From contig JAJTXV010000002.1 of the NCBI GenBank assembly GCA_021463845.1, positions 40,962 to 104,961 on the forward strand: a stretch of 64,000 bases of DNA, written 5' to 3'. The translations under genes were made by a program, and so were the position numbers. This document shows, in pieces, positions 16,908-27,106 of this stretch; positions within the stretch are counted from its first letter, which is position 1, and each line of letters starts with the position of its first letter. Under the pieces are notes generated by a model. The model had not been told where the DNA came from, ran no database searches, and saw only the letters and a list, made by a program, of their open reading frames with translations. This DNA is from Anaerolineales bacterium. Its GTDB lineage: Bacteria > Chloroflexota > Anaerolineae > Anaerolineales > UBA11579.

Positions 16908-17701
16908 TAGACCGCTACGGGGGCTTTGATGTGCGGGTGGGCCTGGTAGTCGAGCAGCGTGAAATCGTCGTAGGTGAAGGCGAAAATATCCTGTACGGCG
17001 GGGTTGAGCTGCATGCGCGGCAGGGGCAGCGGCTGGCGGCTGAGCTGCAAACGGGCCTGCTCGTAGTGATTGCTGTACAAGTGGCAGTCGCCCAGCGAGA
17101 TGACAAAGTCGCCCAGCTGTAGGCGGCAGACCTGCGCCACCATCATGGTGAGCAGCGCATACGAGGCAATGTTGAACGGCAGCCCAAGAAAGATATCAGC
17201 CGAGCGCTGGTACAGCTGGCAGGATAGCTTGCCAGCTGCCACGTAGAACTGGAACAGCAAGTGACAGGGCGGCAGGGCCATCTTGGGCAATTCCGCCACG
17301 TTCCAGGCGCTGACGATGAGCCGGCGCGAATCGGGGTTGCGCTTGATCTCAGAGATGACCCAACTGATCTGATCCACCGCCTGCCCATCCGGCGCAGGCC
17401 AGCTGCGCCATTGGGCGCCGTACACCGGCCCCAGGTCGCCGCGCTCGTCGGCCCACTCATCCCAAATGCGCACGCCGTTGTCCTTCAGGTAGGCGGTGTT
17501 GGTGCCGCCCTGCAGGAACCACAGTAGCTCATGGATGATGGATTTGGTGTGCAGTTTCTTGGTGGTGAGCAGCGGGAAGCCCTGCTGCAGATCAAAGCGC
17601 ATCTGGTGCCCGAACAGCGAGCGCGTGCCTGTGCCGGTGCGGTCGTGCTTTTCCACGCCGTCGTGCAACACACGCTGCATCAGGTCCAGGTAGGCTTGCA
17701 T
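16907..17701 (-). CDS. thyA: Thymidylate synthase (ThyA type)
   Basis: 264 aa with DRTGTGT, the PPCH active-site region ([12 protein letters not shown]) and [17 protein letters not shown]. Confidence 0.95.
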   Translation of the reverse strand: MQAYLDLMQRVLHDGVEKHDRTGTGTRSLFGHQMRFDLQQGFPLLTTKKLHTKSIIHELLWFLQGGTNTAYLKDNGVRIWDEWADERGDLGPVYGAQWRSWPAPDGQAVDQISWVISEIKRNPDSRRLIVSAWNVAELPKMALPPCHLLFQFYVAAGKLSCQLYQRSADIFLGLPFNIASYALLTMMVAQVCRLQLGDFVISLGDCHLYSNHYEQARLQLSRQPLPLPRMQLNPAVQDIFAFTYDDFTLLDYQAHPHIKAPVAV

Positions 17702-18624
17702 CAGGTCAGGGTCGCTCGGGCTTGCTCTATATCGATACGGATCTGGGCCAGCAGCGCATCCACGCCGGCGAACTTCTGCTCCCCGCGCAGGCGGGAGACG
17801 AACTCCAGCTTGAGCGGCTGATCGTAGAACTCATCCCCAGCATAATCCAAGATATGCGTCTCCACAACCGGCGCCAGGGTGCCATCCTCGAAGGTCGGCC
17901 GCAGGCCAATGTTGGTGACGCTGGGCAGGCGCTGCCCGCCCAGCCAGGCCCAGGTGACGTACACGCCGCTGGCAGGCACCAGGCGGCGCTCGGGCACCTT
18001 GAGGTTGGCGGTGGGGATGCCGATGGTGCGGCCGCGCTGCGCCCCGCTGGTCACGGTGCCGGCCAGCGTGTAGCGGCGGCCGAGCAGGCGCTCGGCCAGG
18101 CTTACGTCACCGGCCGCCAGGGCGGTGCGGATGAGGGTGGAGGACACGACCTGGCCGTCCACTCGCACGGGCGGCATTTGGTGCACGGAGAAGCCCAGTT
18201 CGGCTCCGAAGCGGCGTAGAGTGTCAAAGTTACCCTCGCGGTCGTGCCCCAGGGCAAAGTCATGCCCGATCCACAGCTTGTCGATATCCAGGCGGCTGTG
18301 GACTTGCTCAATGAACTGGCGTGCCGAAGTATTGCGCACTTGATCATCAAAGGGATGCGAGATGAGCATATCCACACCCAGCCCGGCAAACAACTCAGCC
18401 TTTTCATCAGGCTCGTACAAGTAATAGTCCTTGAGCGGGCCGCGCAACACCTCGGCCGGGTGCGGATCAAAAGTTAAAACAACCGCCGGCGCGCCCTGTG
18501 CGTGCGCTCCGGCAGTCAGTTCTTTGATTATCTGTTGGTGCCCTGCATGCAGACCATCAAATGAGCCGATGGTCAACCAGGCATGCTGTGCGCGTGCCAA
18601 TTGCAGAGAGTTGTATTGCTGCAT
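17701..18624 (-). CDS. ribF: Bifunctional riboflavin kinase / FMN adenylyltransferase
   Basis: N-terminal FAD-synthetase region ([11 protein letters not shown]) and C-terminal riboflavin-kinase region ([11 protein letters not shown]...ETHILD). Confidence 0.9.
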   Translation of the reverse strand: MQQYNSLQLARAQHAWLTIGSFDGLHAGHQQIIKELTAGAHAQGAPAVVLTFDPHPAEVLRGPLKDYYLYEPDEKAELFAGLGVDMLISHPFDDQVRNTSARQFIEQVHSRLDIDKLWIGHDFALGHDREGNFDTLRRFGAELGFSVHQMPPVRVDGQVVSSTLIRTALAAGDVSLAERLLGRRYTLAGTVTSGAQRGRTIGIPTANLKVPERRLVPASGVYVTWAWLGGQRLPSVTNIGLRPTFEDGTLAPVVETHILDYAGDEFYDQPLKLEFVSRLRGEQKFAGVDALLAQIRIDIEQARATLT

Positions 18625-18630
18625 ACGCCT

Positions 18631-19530
18631 TTAGGAAGCCAGAAAGACCTTGCGCGGCTGCCATTCCCCATCTTTCACTTCCACCACAGCCACCAGCTCG
18701 CCTTGCTGGCTTACCGCGCGGGCCATGCCGGTAGCGCCCTCGGCCGCGGGGATGCGGATGCCGTTGGTGACCTTTTTCAGCGCGTCTTCGTCCAGCTCCA
18801 CCGCCGGCCAGTCCGCCAGGGCCTCAGCCGCGGGGATAAGGAACTGCGCCCAGCTGCCCTGTTCGAAGGCTTCACGCAGGCGGCGCAGCGAAACAGCGTC
18901 GCGCAACGTGAAGCGGCCGCTGCGGGTGCGGCGCAGGCCCACCAGGTGGCCGCCCACACCAAGCTCCTCGCCGATGTCATGTGCCAGTGAGCGCACGTAG
19001 GTGCCAGAGGAGCAGTGAACATCAACCACCGCCTCGGGCGGCGCCCATTCGAGCAGGTCAAGGCTGTGAACGTTGATGATGCGCGGGGCCAGGTCCACTT
19101 CCTCGCCGCGGCGGGCCATATCGTACGCCCGCTGGCCCTGCACCTTGATGGCTGAGTAGGCCGGGGGCTTTTGCTCGATCTCGCCCACGAAGTGGGTCAG
19201 CAATTCGCTGAACTGCTCTTTCTCAACATTGACAGGCACTTCCGGGCCGCTGGGGGTTCCCTCCGCGTCGTAAGTGTCTGTGGAACTGCCCAGACGGATG
19301 GTCGCCTGGTAGCGCTTGTCTTCGGCGGAAACAAACTCGCTGAGGCGCACAGCCGGGCCGATCAGCACCACCAGCACGCCAGAGGCGCGCGGGTCCAGAG
19401 TGCCGGTGTGGCCGGCCCGGCGGATGCCGGTGCCGCGGCGGATGATCTGCACAACATCGTGCGAGGTGAGGCCAACGGGCTTGTCCACCACCAATACGCC
19501 GGAAACGAGATTGTTCACGTCTTGATTCAT
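18631..19530 (-). CDS. truB: tRNA pseudouridine(55) synthase
   Basis: GVLVVDKPVGLTSHDVV...AGHTGTLDPRASGVL contains the catalytic Asp motif. ATG 19530 was chosen. Confidence 0.9.
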   Translation of the reverse strand: MNQDVNNLVSGVLVVDKPVGLTSHDVVQIIRRGTGIRRAGHTGTLDPRASGVLVVLIGPAVRLSEFVSAEDKRYQATIRLGSSTDTYDAEGTPSGPEVPVNVEKEQFSELLTHFVGEIEQKPPAYSAIKVQGQRAYDMARRGEEVDLAPRIINVHSLDLLEWAPPEAVVDVHCSSGTYVRSLAHDIGEELGVGGHLVGLRRTRSGRFTLRDAVSLRRLREAFEQGSWAQFLIPAAEALADWPAVELDEDALKKVTNGIRIPAAEGATGMARAVSQQGELVAVVEVKDGEWQPRKVFLAS

Positions 19531-19648
19531 AGTACCCCTATCCCCAGTGCCTGAGTGATAGTCGTGCATGTGAAAACGATAATTTCCTTTCTATGTTCTT
19601 TCTAACGCCTATGGCGCTGATCAACTATAGGTATTTCATCCCAAATAT

Positions 19649-20599
19649 CTACTGCAAAGCGGCCCGAGTAGCCGCCAAAACAACCTCATGAGCATGCGCC
19701 AGGCTGCCGTGCAGCACAGCGCCGGCGGCGGCCACATGCCCGCCGCCGCCGAACTGGGCGGCGATCCGCGAGACATCATGCCCGCCCTGGCTGCGCCAGC
19801 TCACCTTGACCTGGTTATCGGCCTGCTCCACGAACAGCACGGTGATGGCGGCGCCCTCGATCATCGAGATATTGTTCACCAGCTCGGCATCATCGTTGCC
19901 CGGGTAGCCCACGGCTTTGCGGTCAGCCAGGGTCAGGCTGCCCCACACCAGGCCGCCATCTCGCTGCAGGCTGGTGAGCCCTGCGCCCCAGTAGCGCATG
20001 GCCTGGAAGGAGCGGCGCAGCAAGGCGCGCTCGTACAAGGCCGGCAGGTCAGCGCCCTTCTCGATCAGATCGGCCGAAAGGCGGATGGCTTTGGGGGTCA
20101 TGTTGGATGTGCGAAAGCCCATGGTGTCGGTAAGGATACCGGTGAGCAGCGCATCGATGACAGCGGGCGAGAATTCCAAACCCAGCGCTGGGAAATGCTC
20201 GGCCAGCAGGGCGCAGGTGGCCACTGCGGCCGGGTCCACCAGATTGATGGCGCCAAAATTGGTGTTGCTGATGTGGTGGTCGATATTGATGTCTACGGGA
20301 GGGAACCCGCTCAGGGATTCACCACAGCGGTCTTGGGTGGCTGCATCCACGGTGACTACCAAGTCCACGGGAGCTTCAGCAGCCCGCACGATCTCGGCCC
20401 AGCCGTGCAAATGTTTGAAGTCAGCCGGCGCGCCATCCGTCAGCACCATCTGCACCTGCTTGCCGTCAGCCTTCAGGGCCAGGCCCAGCGCCAGCACTGA
20501 GGCAACTGCGTCACCATCCGGGCGCACATGGGATGTGACCAGCACGCGCGAGGCGGCCCGCAGGCGGGAGGCGGCTTGCTTCAATACTTCAGCGTTCAC
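19649..20599 (-). CDS. nrnA: DHH-family phosphoesterase (NrnA-like oligoribonuclease/pAp phosphatase)
   Basis: DHH motifs (SHVRPDGDAVAS, DHH in NIDHHISN) and a DHHA1-like C-terminus (GGGGHVAAAG). Confidence 0.8.
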   Translation of the reverse strand: MNAEVLKQAASRLRAASRVLVTSHVRPDGDAVASVLALGLALKADGKQVQMVLTDGAPADFKHLHGWAEIVRAAEAPVDLVVTVDAATQDRCGESLSGFPPVDINIDHHISNTNFGAINLVDPAAVATCALLAEHFPALGLEFSPAVIDALLTGILTDTMGFRTSNMTPKAIRLSADLIEKGADLPALYERALLRRSFQAMRYWGAGLTSLQRDGGLVWGSLTLADRKAVGYPGNDDAELVNNISMIEGAAITVLFVEQADNQVKVSWRSQGGHDVSRIAAQFGGGGHVAAAGAVLHGSLAHAHEVVLAATRAALQ

Positions 20600-20973
20600 G
20601 GCTTCTTCGTACCCGGCTTGGAACTATCAGACTGGTTGAGCTCGGAGATGATCTGCTCGATGCGCTGGGCGCGCTCAGGCGTGGGGTCCCACACGAAGCG
20701 CAGGCGCGGGAAGGTGCGCAGGTCCATTTCTTTGGCCAGCTCGCTGCGCAGGAAGCCGCTGGCATGCTTGAGGCCTGCCAGCACTTCCCGCTCGCGCTCT
20801 ACGCCTTCGAGAGCGGAGACGAAGATGCTGGCCACCGAGAGCTCGCGGTCCACATTGACATCGGTAACAAAGATGCCCTGCAAGCGCGGGTCGGTGACGC
20901 GGAACAGGAGCAGCTCAGAGAGCAGCTCCTGCATCCGCTTGCCTATGCGTGCCGCGCGCGAGAGTGAGACCAT
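20596..20973 (-). CDS. rbfA: Ribosome-binding factor A
   Basis: 125 aa, RbfA-like (RIGKRMQELLSELL...TFPRLRFVWD), and it follows infB. Confidence 0.85.
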   Translation of the reverse strand: MVSLSRAARIGKRMQELLSELLLFRVTDPRLQGIFVTDVNVDRELSVASIFVSALEGVEREREVLAGLKHASGFLRSELAKEMDLRTFPRLRFVWDPTPERAQRIEQIISELNQSDSSKPGTKKP

Positions 20974-20984
20974 GCTTTGGTACC

Positions 20985-22799
20985 TTACTGCGCGGCGACC
21001 AGCTCACGCACATAGCACTCGATGACGTCTTTCTCTTTGAAGTCATCGAAGTCTTTGAGGTTGATGCCGCACTCAAAGCCAGTCTTGACCTCTTTCACAT
21101 CGTCCTTCTCGTGCTTGAGCGAGGTCAGCTCACCCTCGTACACCAGGGTCTTGTCACGGTAGATGCGCAGGAAGGCGCCACGGCGCAGCTCGCCTTCGGT
21201 CACGCGGCAGCCGGCGATCTTGCCGTAGCGGCTGATCTTGAAGACCTGCAGCACTTCGGCTTTGCCGATGACGCGCTCCTTGAGCTCCGGCTTGAGCATA
21301 CCCTTCAAGGCCTTCTCAACGTCTTCGGTCATGCGGTAGATGATGTCGTACAGGCGGATGGAAACGCCCTCTTTTTCAGCTTTGCGCTGGGCCGGGCCGT
21401 CGGCCACCACGTTGAAACCCATCACGATCGCTTTGGAAGCCCCTGCCAGCTGGATATCGCTCTCGCTGATGTTGCCGGTGCCAGTGTGCAGCACATGCAC
21501 GCCGATCTCGCCTTCTTTGTCCTTGGACTTCATCGCCTCCAGGGAGGAAACGATCGGCTCAAGCGAGCCCTGCACGTCAGCCTTGACGATCAGGCGCAAC
21601 TCGCGCACATGCCCAGCCTGGAAGGCTTCGAACATGCTCTCCAGGGTCAATGCACCAACCGGTGAGTTTTTGTCAGCCTTTTCCTTCTCGGCGCGCTCGG
21701 CCACCAGGTTGCGGGCCTCGCGCTCGTTCTCGACGACCCGGAAGGGCTCGCCGGCCACAGGTACATCGTTGAGGCCGAGCACAGACGCGGGCGTGGAAGG
21801 GCCAGCTTCTTCGATCTTCTTGCCGGCGAAGTCAAACATGGCGCGCAGACGGCCATAGGCCGTGCCCACAACCACAGTGTCGCCCATTTTCAGGCTGCCG
21901 TTCTGCACCAGCAGCGTGGCGATCACGCCGCGCGAAGGGTCACGTTCGCCCTCGATCACAGTACCGATCACTTCGCCAGCGGGGTTGGCCAGGATCTCGG
22001 TATTGTCGGCCACCAGCAGAATAGCTTCCAGCAGGTCTTCCAAGCCCACTTTCTGCTTAGCAGACACCGGCACCACGATCGTGTCGCCGTCCCACTCATC
22101 AGGGATCAGGCCGTTATCGGCCAGCTGCTTCTTGACCAGCTCCGGGTTGGCGTTGGGGCGGTCCACCTTGGTGAGGGCCACCACGATGGGCACACGCGCG
22201 GCGCGGGCATGCGCCAGCGCTTCTTTGGTCTGCGGCATGACGCCGTCATCGGCAGCCACCACGAGGATGACCACATCTGCGCCCTGGGCGCCGCGCGAGC
22301 GCATAGCCGTAAATGCGGCGTGGCCCGGGGTGTCAAGGAAGGTGATCAGACGCTCTTTGTGTGAGGCCTGGTAAGCGCCGATGTGCTGGGTGATGCCGCC
22401 GGCCTCTTCGTTCACAACGGAGGTCTGGCGAATGGCGTCCAGCAAGGTGGTCTTGCCGTGGTCTACGTGCCCCAGGATGGTGACCACTGGCGCACGCGGT
22501 TTGAGATTCTTCTTGTCCTCATTGGCGATCAGCTGACGCCACAAGGGCACCTCGCCCACCGGCTTGCTCTCCAGCTCATCCACCTTGAGCAGCGTAGCCT
22601 CGTAGCCCATCTCAGCCGCAACGACGGCGGCGGTGTCAAAGTCAATATGCTGGTTGATGTTGGCCATCACGCCGTTGGACATGAGGGTCTTGATGATCTG
22701 AATGGGGCTGGCTTCAATGGCTTCGGCCAACTCACGTACGGTGAGGTTGGCGGGGAGCTCGATGGATTTGGCCTCAGTGGCTTTCACATTTTCTGCCAT
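20985..22799 (-). CDS. infB: Translation initiation factor IF-2 (short N-terminus)
   Basis: GTPase motifs [17 protein letters not shown] and NKVD-like (TKVD), plus IF-2 C-terminal domains. Confidence 0.95.
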   Translation of the reverse strand: MAENVKATEAKSIELPANLTVRELAEAIEASPIQIIKTLMSNGVMANINQHIDFDTAAVVAAEMGYEATLLKVDELESKPVGEVPLWRQLIANEDKKNLKPRAPVVTILGHVDHGKTTLLDAIRQTSVVNEEAGGITQHIGAYQASHKERLITFLDTPGHAAFTAMRSRGAQGADVVILVVAADDGVMPQTKEALAHARAARVPIVVALTKVDRPNANPELVKKQLADNGLIPDEWDGDTIVVPVSAKQKVGLEDLLEAILLVADNTEILANPAGEVIGTVIEGERDPSRGVIATLLVQNGSLKMGDTVVVGTAYGRLRAMFDFAGKKIEEAGPSTPASVLGLNDVPVAGEPFRVVENEREARNLVAERAEKEKADKNSPVGALTLESMFEAFQAGHVRELRLIVKADVQGSLEPIVSSLEAMKSKDKEGEIGVHVLHTGTGNISESDIQLAGASKAIVMGFNVVADGPAQRKAEKEGVSIRLYDIIYRMTEDVEKALKGMLKPELKERVIGKAEVLQVFKISRYGKIAGCRVTEGELRRGAFLRIYRDKTLVYEGELTSLKHEKDDVKEVKTGFECGINLKDFDDFKEKDVIECYVRELVAAQ

Positions 22800-22864
22800 G
22801 TCTATCTCCTTCTATCCATAAAGAATTGCTTCCCCCGAAGCACATTCTACCAACTTGCTCAATC

Positions 22865-22900
22865 GGCTGTTTTTAGCACGCTTGCGTGCCTAAAACAGCC
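22865..22900 (-). other. Stable imperfect hairpin directly after the ylxR stop, in the ylxR-infB spacer. A second hairpin lies at 22827-22842
   Basis: GGCTGTTTT(T)AG(C)CACG...CGTG(C)CTAAAACAGCC gives about 15 bp with two bulges and no U-tail. The second hairpin is TGCTTC-CCCC-GAAGCA. Confidence 0.4.
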
Positions 22901-22902
22901 AC

Positions 22903-23205
22903 TTACTCTTGCGGCAGCGCCTCAAAGAAGGCGGCCAGCCGCTGAGCATCCGCTTCGCTCAGGCTGGTGCGCAAGGCACTCGCCAGGCTGTGGCGGATGC
23001 CGTGCTCCCAGCAGCTGCGCTGCGCATGCAAATATGCGCCGCGCCCCGGCTGCTTGCCGGTGGGGTCTGCAAACACGCCGTCCGGAGTGCGCACCAGGCG
23101 CACCAACCCAACCTTGGCCTCAGTCTGCCGGCAGGCTACGCAGGTACGCTGGGGCACATGCCGGGCACGCCCAGCTTGCTTTGTGGGCTTCGCAGGCTTT
23201 GCCAT
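22903..23205 (-). CDS. ylxR: YlxR/RnpM-family (DUF448) RNA-binding protein
   Basis: RTCVACRQ...GRGAYLH motif. It sits between nusA and infB. Confidence 0.85.
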   Translation of the reverse strand: MAKPAKPTKQAGRARHVPQRTCVACRQTEAKVGLVRLVRTPDGVFADPTGKQPGRGAYLHAQRSCWEHGIRHSLASALRTSLSEADAQRLAAFFEALPQE

Positions 23206-23226
23206 GGCACGAACCTTCTTGCGGGC

Positions 23227-25101
23227 TTAGTCTTCCTCCCACTCCTCACGCATGTGCGGAATGGTGGTGTCCGTATCCGGATCGTAGTCCAGCTCGCGGA
23301 ATTTCTTTTTCTTCTTCTTTTTCTTGTCGTCCTGGGCAGGGGTACTGCCAGGCTTGCCGGCTTTGCCAGTCGTCAGCTTGGCGCTGGTCTTGGCAAAGAT
23401 CTCATCCAGTGACTGGCCGGGCGCCGGGCGTTCAGCCTGCATGGCGGCCAGCAGGTCTTCATCTTCCTGCGAGAGCTGTACCGGCCCGTCGTCCGTCTGC
23501 GCTACCGGCGCGGGGACCTCGGCCACCGGAGCAGGCTCTTCAACCTCAGGCTCCAGCTCCGGCTCGGCTTCCACCGCGGCAGGTTCAGCCTTGGGTGCCG
23601 GGGCCGGGAAGTCAAAGGCGTCGATCGCGGCCTCGATGGTCTTCAGCGTCTCAGGACCAATGCCCTCCATAGCCAGCAGTTCATCGCTGTCCAGCTTGAG
23701 CTGGGTCATCAGTTCACCAATAGTGGAGTAGCCTTCACCGCTCAGCTTGATCGCCAGGCTGGGAGCCAGGCCCAGATCATCCAGCGGGATGTCGAAGGCG
23801 GTCTCAGGCAGGGTTGCCTCGACCTCGGCGCGCTTCTGACGCTCGGCGTCGAGAATGGCCTCACGCTGAGACTGGGCGCCGCTTTCGATGCGGTCCACAA
23901 AGCGGCCCAGCAAGGTGTATTCCTCAGGCGTGAGCGGGCGGCCTTCGGCCTTCTTGGCCAGCGCGGTTTCAACCAGCGGCAGCTGCTCAGCCCACTCAGG
24001 GTTCTGCTCCAGGAAGGCGGCATCGCCCTGGGCCTTGGCCAGCGCGTCAGAGGCGGCCTCAGGCAGGCTCTTGATGTCAATGCGCCAGGCGGTCAGCTTG
24101 GCGGCCAGGCGGGCGTTCTGCCCATCACGGCCGATGGCCAGGCTCAGCTGATCTTCAGGCACCACTACGGTAGCGGTCTTGCCGCCGCCGGTCTCTTCTT
24201 CAAGATATACGCCGGTGACGCGGGCGGGGCTCAGCGCCTTGGCGATGAACTGCGAAGGGTCAGAGTTCCACTCGATCACGTCAATCTTTTCATCGTGGAG
24301 TTCGCGCACAATGGCCTGGATGCGCACACCGCGCATGCCTACGCAGGCGCCCACCGGGTCAATACCGGCTTGCAGAGCGGAGACGGCCACCTTGGAGCGG
24401 TAGCCCGGCTCGCGGGCGATGGAGCGGATCTCCACCAGGCCCTGATAGATCTCAGGCACCTCGTCTTCAAGCAGGCGGCGCAGGAAGTCCTTGTGGGCGC
24501 GGGTGAGAATGATCTCAGGCCCGCGAGTGGTGTCTTTGACTTCGAGCAGGAGGGCGCGCACACGGTCGTGGACGCGGAAACGCTCACCAGGGATCTGCTG
24601 GCTGCGCGGCATCTTGCCCTCAGCCTTGCGGTCCAGACCGATCGTGATCATGTGCGGGTTGGCCGCCTGCACCACACCGTTGACGATCTCGCCTTCCAGC
24701 GTGGAGAAGTGGTCCTTCTGCGCCAGGCGCTCGGCCTCACGGATGCGCTGCTGGATCATCTGACGGGCGGCCTGGGCGGCTACACGGCCGAAGTCCTCAG
24801 GCGTGCTCTCGACCATGACGATATCGTCGAGTTGCGCCTCCGGGTTCTCCTTGCGGGCGTCTTCCAGCGTCACTTCAGTGCGCTGGTCCTGCACCTCTTC
24901 AACGACTTCCTTTTCGGCGTAGATCTGCATCTCACCGGTGGTCTCGTTGATGCGCGCTTCGATCTGCTGCGCAGTGGAGGCGTTGACCGTCTTGCGGTAG
25001 GCGGAGACGAGCGCAGCCTCCAGCGCGCCGATGATCACATCGCGCGGCAGCTGCTTGTCATCCAAGACTTCATTGAACGCCAGAGCAAATTCTTTCTTCA
25101 T
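23227..25101 (-). CDS. nusA: Transcription termination/antitermination factor NusA with a long C-terminal extension
   Basis: N-terminal domain, S1, and KH1/KH2 ([35 protein letters not shown]), followed by HhH repeats. The tail is acidic/Pro-rich with a K8 run. Confidence 0.95.
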   Translation of the reverse strand: MKKEFALAFNEVLDDKQLPRDVIIGALEAALVSAYRKTVNASTAQQIEARINETTGEMQIYAEKEVVEEVQDQRTEVTLEDARKENPEAQLDDIVMVESTPEDFGRVAAQAARQMIQQRIREAERLAQKDHFSTLEGEIVNGVVQAANPHMITIGLDRKAEGKMPRSQQIPGERFRVHDRVRALLLEVKDTTRGPEIILTRAHKDFLRRLLEDEVPEIYQGLVEIRSIAREPGYRSKVAVSALQAGIDPVGACVGMRGVRIQAIVRELHDEKIDVIEWNSDPSQFIAKALSPARVTGVYLEEETGGGKTATVVVPEDQLSLAIGRDGQNARLAAKLTAWRIDIKSLPEAASDALAKAQGDAAFLEQNPEWAEQLPLVETALAKKAEGRPLTPEEYTLLGRFVDRIESGAQSQREAILDAERQKRAEVEATLPETAFDIPLDDLGLAPSLAIKLSGEGYSTIGELMTQLKLDSDELLAMEGIGPETLKTIEAAIDAFDFPAPAPKAEPAAVEAEPELEPEVEEPAPVAEVPAPVAQTDDGPVQLSQEDEDLLAAMQAERPAPGQSLDEIFAKTSAKLTTGKAGKPGSTPAQDDKKKKKKKKFRELDYDPDTDTTIPHMREEWEED

Positions 25102-25135
25102 CCCTAACTCCTGATTACAACCAATACTATATAAG

Positions 25136-25159
25136 CAAAAAAGTGGGGGTTGCCCACTT
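25136..25159 (-). terminator. Rho-independent terminator between the GNAT gene and nusA
   Basis: On the minus strand: AAGTGGG-CAACC-CCCACTT followed by TTTTTT. Confidence 0.6.
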
Positions 25160-25248
25160 CCGTCGCCATTACTATGCGGTTACGAAGCTTGGATATTCTA
25201 GCACCCTGAAATGGAAAAGGCAAGCGGCAGGGATAAGGAATGGATGAG

Positions 25249-25782
25249 CTAGAGCGCCTTGCCCAGGCGCCAGCCCGGCTCATGCAGGTGGCGCTGCTGG
25301 CCCTCATGGTCAATAAAGCTCCAGTAGCCGGTGACGCGGTGCAGCTCGGCATAGCCGTGGCGCAGGTAGAAGCGCAGGCCGCCGGGGTTGTCTTCGGCCA
25401 CATTGAGCGCCACCCAAGCGAAGCCGCCTGCCCGCAGGTCGGCCTCGGCGTGCAGCAGCAGCGCACTGCCCAGGCCCAGATTGCGATGCTCGGGCCGAAC
25501 CCGGAAGGAATGGATGAAGGCGCGCTGGCGGCCGTCTGCGGTTTGCGGGTCATTCTCGGAGTTCAGCAGCACGAACAGCTGGCCCACCAGCTGTTCGTCC
25601 TCGGCCTGCACGCCCCACAGGGTGGCGTTGCCCGCCTGGGCGCGCTCGAAGGCCACCGCATACACCCGCCGGAAGTGGGCGAACTCGCCCTCCCATTCCA
25701 GCGCTACCGCATCCGCCGCCTGCAGCCGGCGGATGGCGTAGCCGGCCGGCAGTGCGATCTGGCTGGCCTCAGTATTGCTCAC
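25249..25782 (-). CDS. GNAT-family N-acetyltransferase
   Basis: Acetyl-CoA-binding-like motif (RVRPEHRNLGLGSALL) and FYLRHGY. I chose the GTG start at 25782, which overlaps the cca stop. The track ORF extends spuriously upstream. Confidence 0.7.
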   Translation of the reverse strand: MSNTEASQIALPAGYAIRRLQAADAVALEWEGEFAHFRRVYAVAFERAQAGNATLWGVQAEDEQLVGQLFVLLNSENDPQTADGRQRAFIHSFRVRPEHRNLGLGSALLLHAEADLRAGGFAWVALNVAEDNPGGLRFYLRHGYAELHRVTGYWSFIDHEGQQRHLHEPGWRLGKAL

Positions 25783-27082
25783 GCAGCAGCGTCTCCAACA
25801 AAGCCGCTTCTTGCTTGCGAGTTTTGACCTTGCCGTCCAGCCAGGCGGCGCGCAGCGCTTGCAGAATGTGGCCGTATGCTTTTCCAGGCTTGAGGCCACG
25901 CGCCGTAAGAGTGTTACCGTCAGCATAGGGCTGCAGGCTGCGCCAGCGCCGGCTGTACGCCAGAAGCCGCGCCGCAAAAGGGGTATTGCGTTGCAGGATG
26001 TAGAGCGCATACACCGCCAACTGTGGGGCGCGCTGCAGCGTGAACGTCAGCGCGCTATTGGGCATGCCTGCCAATTTGCGCGACTGCGCGCGCAGGCCGC
26101 TGGCCGCCTGCGCAGCGGCGGCCAGCTCTGCAGTTAGGCGCAGACGCCGCGCCACGGCCTCCACTGTGGTTGGCGCATGCTGCGCCAACCACACCACCAG
26201 GCCAAGCTCGGCCTGAGTAGGAGCTATGCCCCAGACCTTCGCTGGCTTTTGGATATGCGCCAGCGCCGTTGCGATCGCCGCGTTCCATTGCAGCTTGGGG
26301 TGAATAGCCCGCAGCACGCCATATTTCTGAAGACTGGACAGTATCTGGGCGCGCTTGGGCTCTTGCAATATCAAATCGATCTCGTTGTAGATGCGCTCGC
26401 CGGAAACCGCATCCAGCCTGCCCACATTGGCACGCAGCTGCTGCTGGGTCTTGCGCTCGAGCGCAAAACCCAGCCGGCCGCTGAAGCGCAACGCACGCAG
26501 GATGCGCGTGGGGTCATCGCTGAACGACTGGTCATGCAATACGCGGATGACGCCAGCGCGCAGGTCAGCCAGGCCGCCCCACGCATCCAGGATCTGGCCC
26601 GCTTGCGTGCCGTCCAGGCGCAAGGCTAGGGTGTTGATACTGAAATCACGCCGGAACTGGTCGTCCACCATCGTAGAGAACTGCACCGTGGGCAGTGCGC
26701 CGGGCCGCGCATACGTCTCACGCCGCGCCGAGATGAGGTCCACAAAATCAGGCAGGCCGCCGCCGGGCGGCAGACGCCACAGCGCCGTGCCAAACGGCTT
26801 GTGCGCCAGCAGGCTGCCGCCCAAGCTGCGCACCAGTTGGCGTCCAAAGGCGATGGCGTCGCCCTCCACCACCAGGTCCAGATCCAAACTGAGGCGGCCC
26901 AATAGCACATCACGCACATAGCCGCCCACGATGTACAGGGGCATCCGGCTGCGCTCAGCCTGGGCCGCCACGGCGCGCAGCAGCCGGCGGCTGGCCGGCG
27001 GCAGCGGCGCCAGGGCGCGGGTCAAGGGCAACCGCGGAGTGGCAGACTTCAGCTGGCTGAGCAGCCGAACAGGTTTGGGCAT
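25769..27082 (-). CDS. cca: CCA tRNA nucleotidyltransferase / poly(A) polymerase-family protein
   Basis: Head-domain motifs (YIVGGYVRDVLLG, DLDLVV, RRDFSINTLA). Confidence 0.8.
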   Translation of the reverse strand: MPKPVRLLSQLKSATPRLPLTRALAPLPPASRRLLRAVAAQAERSRMPLYIVGGYVRDVLLGRLSLDLDLVVEGDAIAFGRQLVRSLGGSLLAHKPFGTALWRLPPGGGLPDFVDLISARRETYARPGALPTVQFSTMVDDQFRRDFSINTLALRLDGTQAGQILDAWGGLADLRAGVIRVLHDQSFSDDPTRILRALRFSGRLGFALERKTQQQLRANVGRLDAVSGERIYNEIDLILQEPKRAQILSSLQKYGVLRAIHPKLQWNAAIATALAHIQKPAKVWGIAPTQAELGLVVWLAQHAPTTVEAVARRLRLTAELAAAAQAASGLRAQSRKLAGMPNSALTFTLQRAPQLAVYALYILQRNTPFAARLLAYSRRWRSLQPYADGNTLTARGLKPGKAYGHILQALRAAWLDGKVKTRKQEAALLETLLREQY

Positions 27083-27106
27083 GAATTAATAATAGTGGAA
27101 AGCGGG

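Noticed and set aside
22871-22896. CIRCE-like heat-shock operator (TTAGCACGC...GTGCCTAA)
   Set aside because: The half-sites only partly match TTAGCACTC/GAGTGCTAA, and the spacer is 4 nt instead of 9. The element is also not upstream of chaperone genes.
22383-23672. 429-aa plus-strand ORF
   Set aside because: It is antisense to infB, ylxR and nusA. It is Pro/Arg/Ala-rich, as expected for the opposite strand of GC-rich genes.
25104-25553. 149-aa minus-strand ORF in the position where rimP would be expected upstream of nusA
   Set aside because: It shows no RimP-like sequence. It overlaps the GNAT gene in another frame and spans a terminator hairpin. Its composition is Cys/Arg/Ala-rich, which looks like an artefact.
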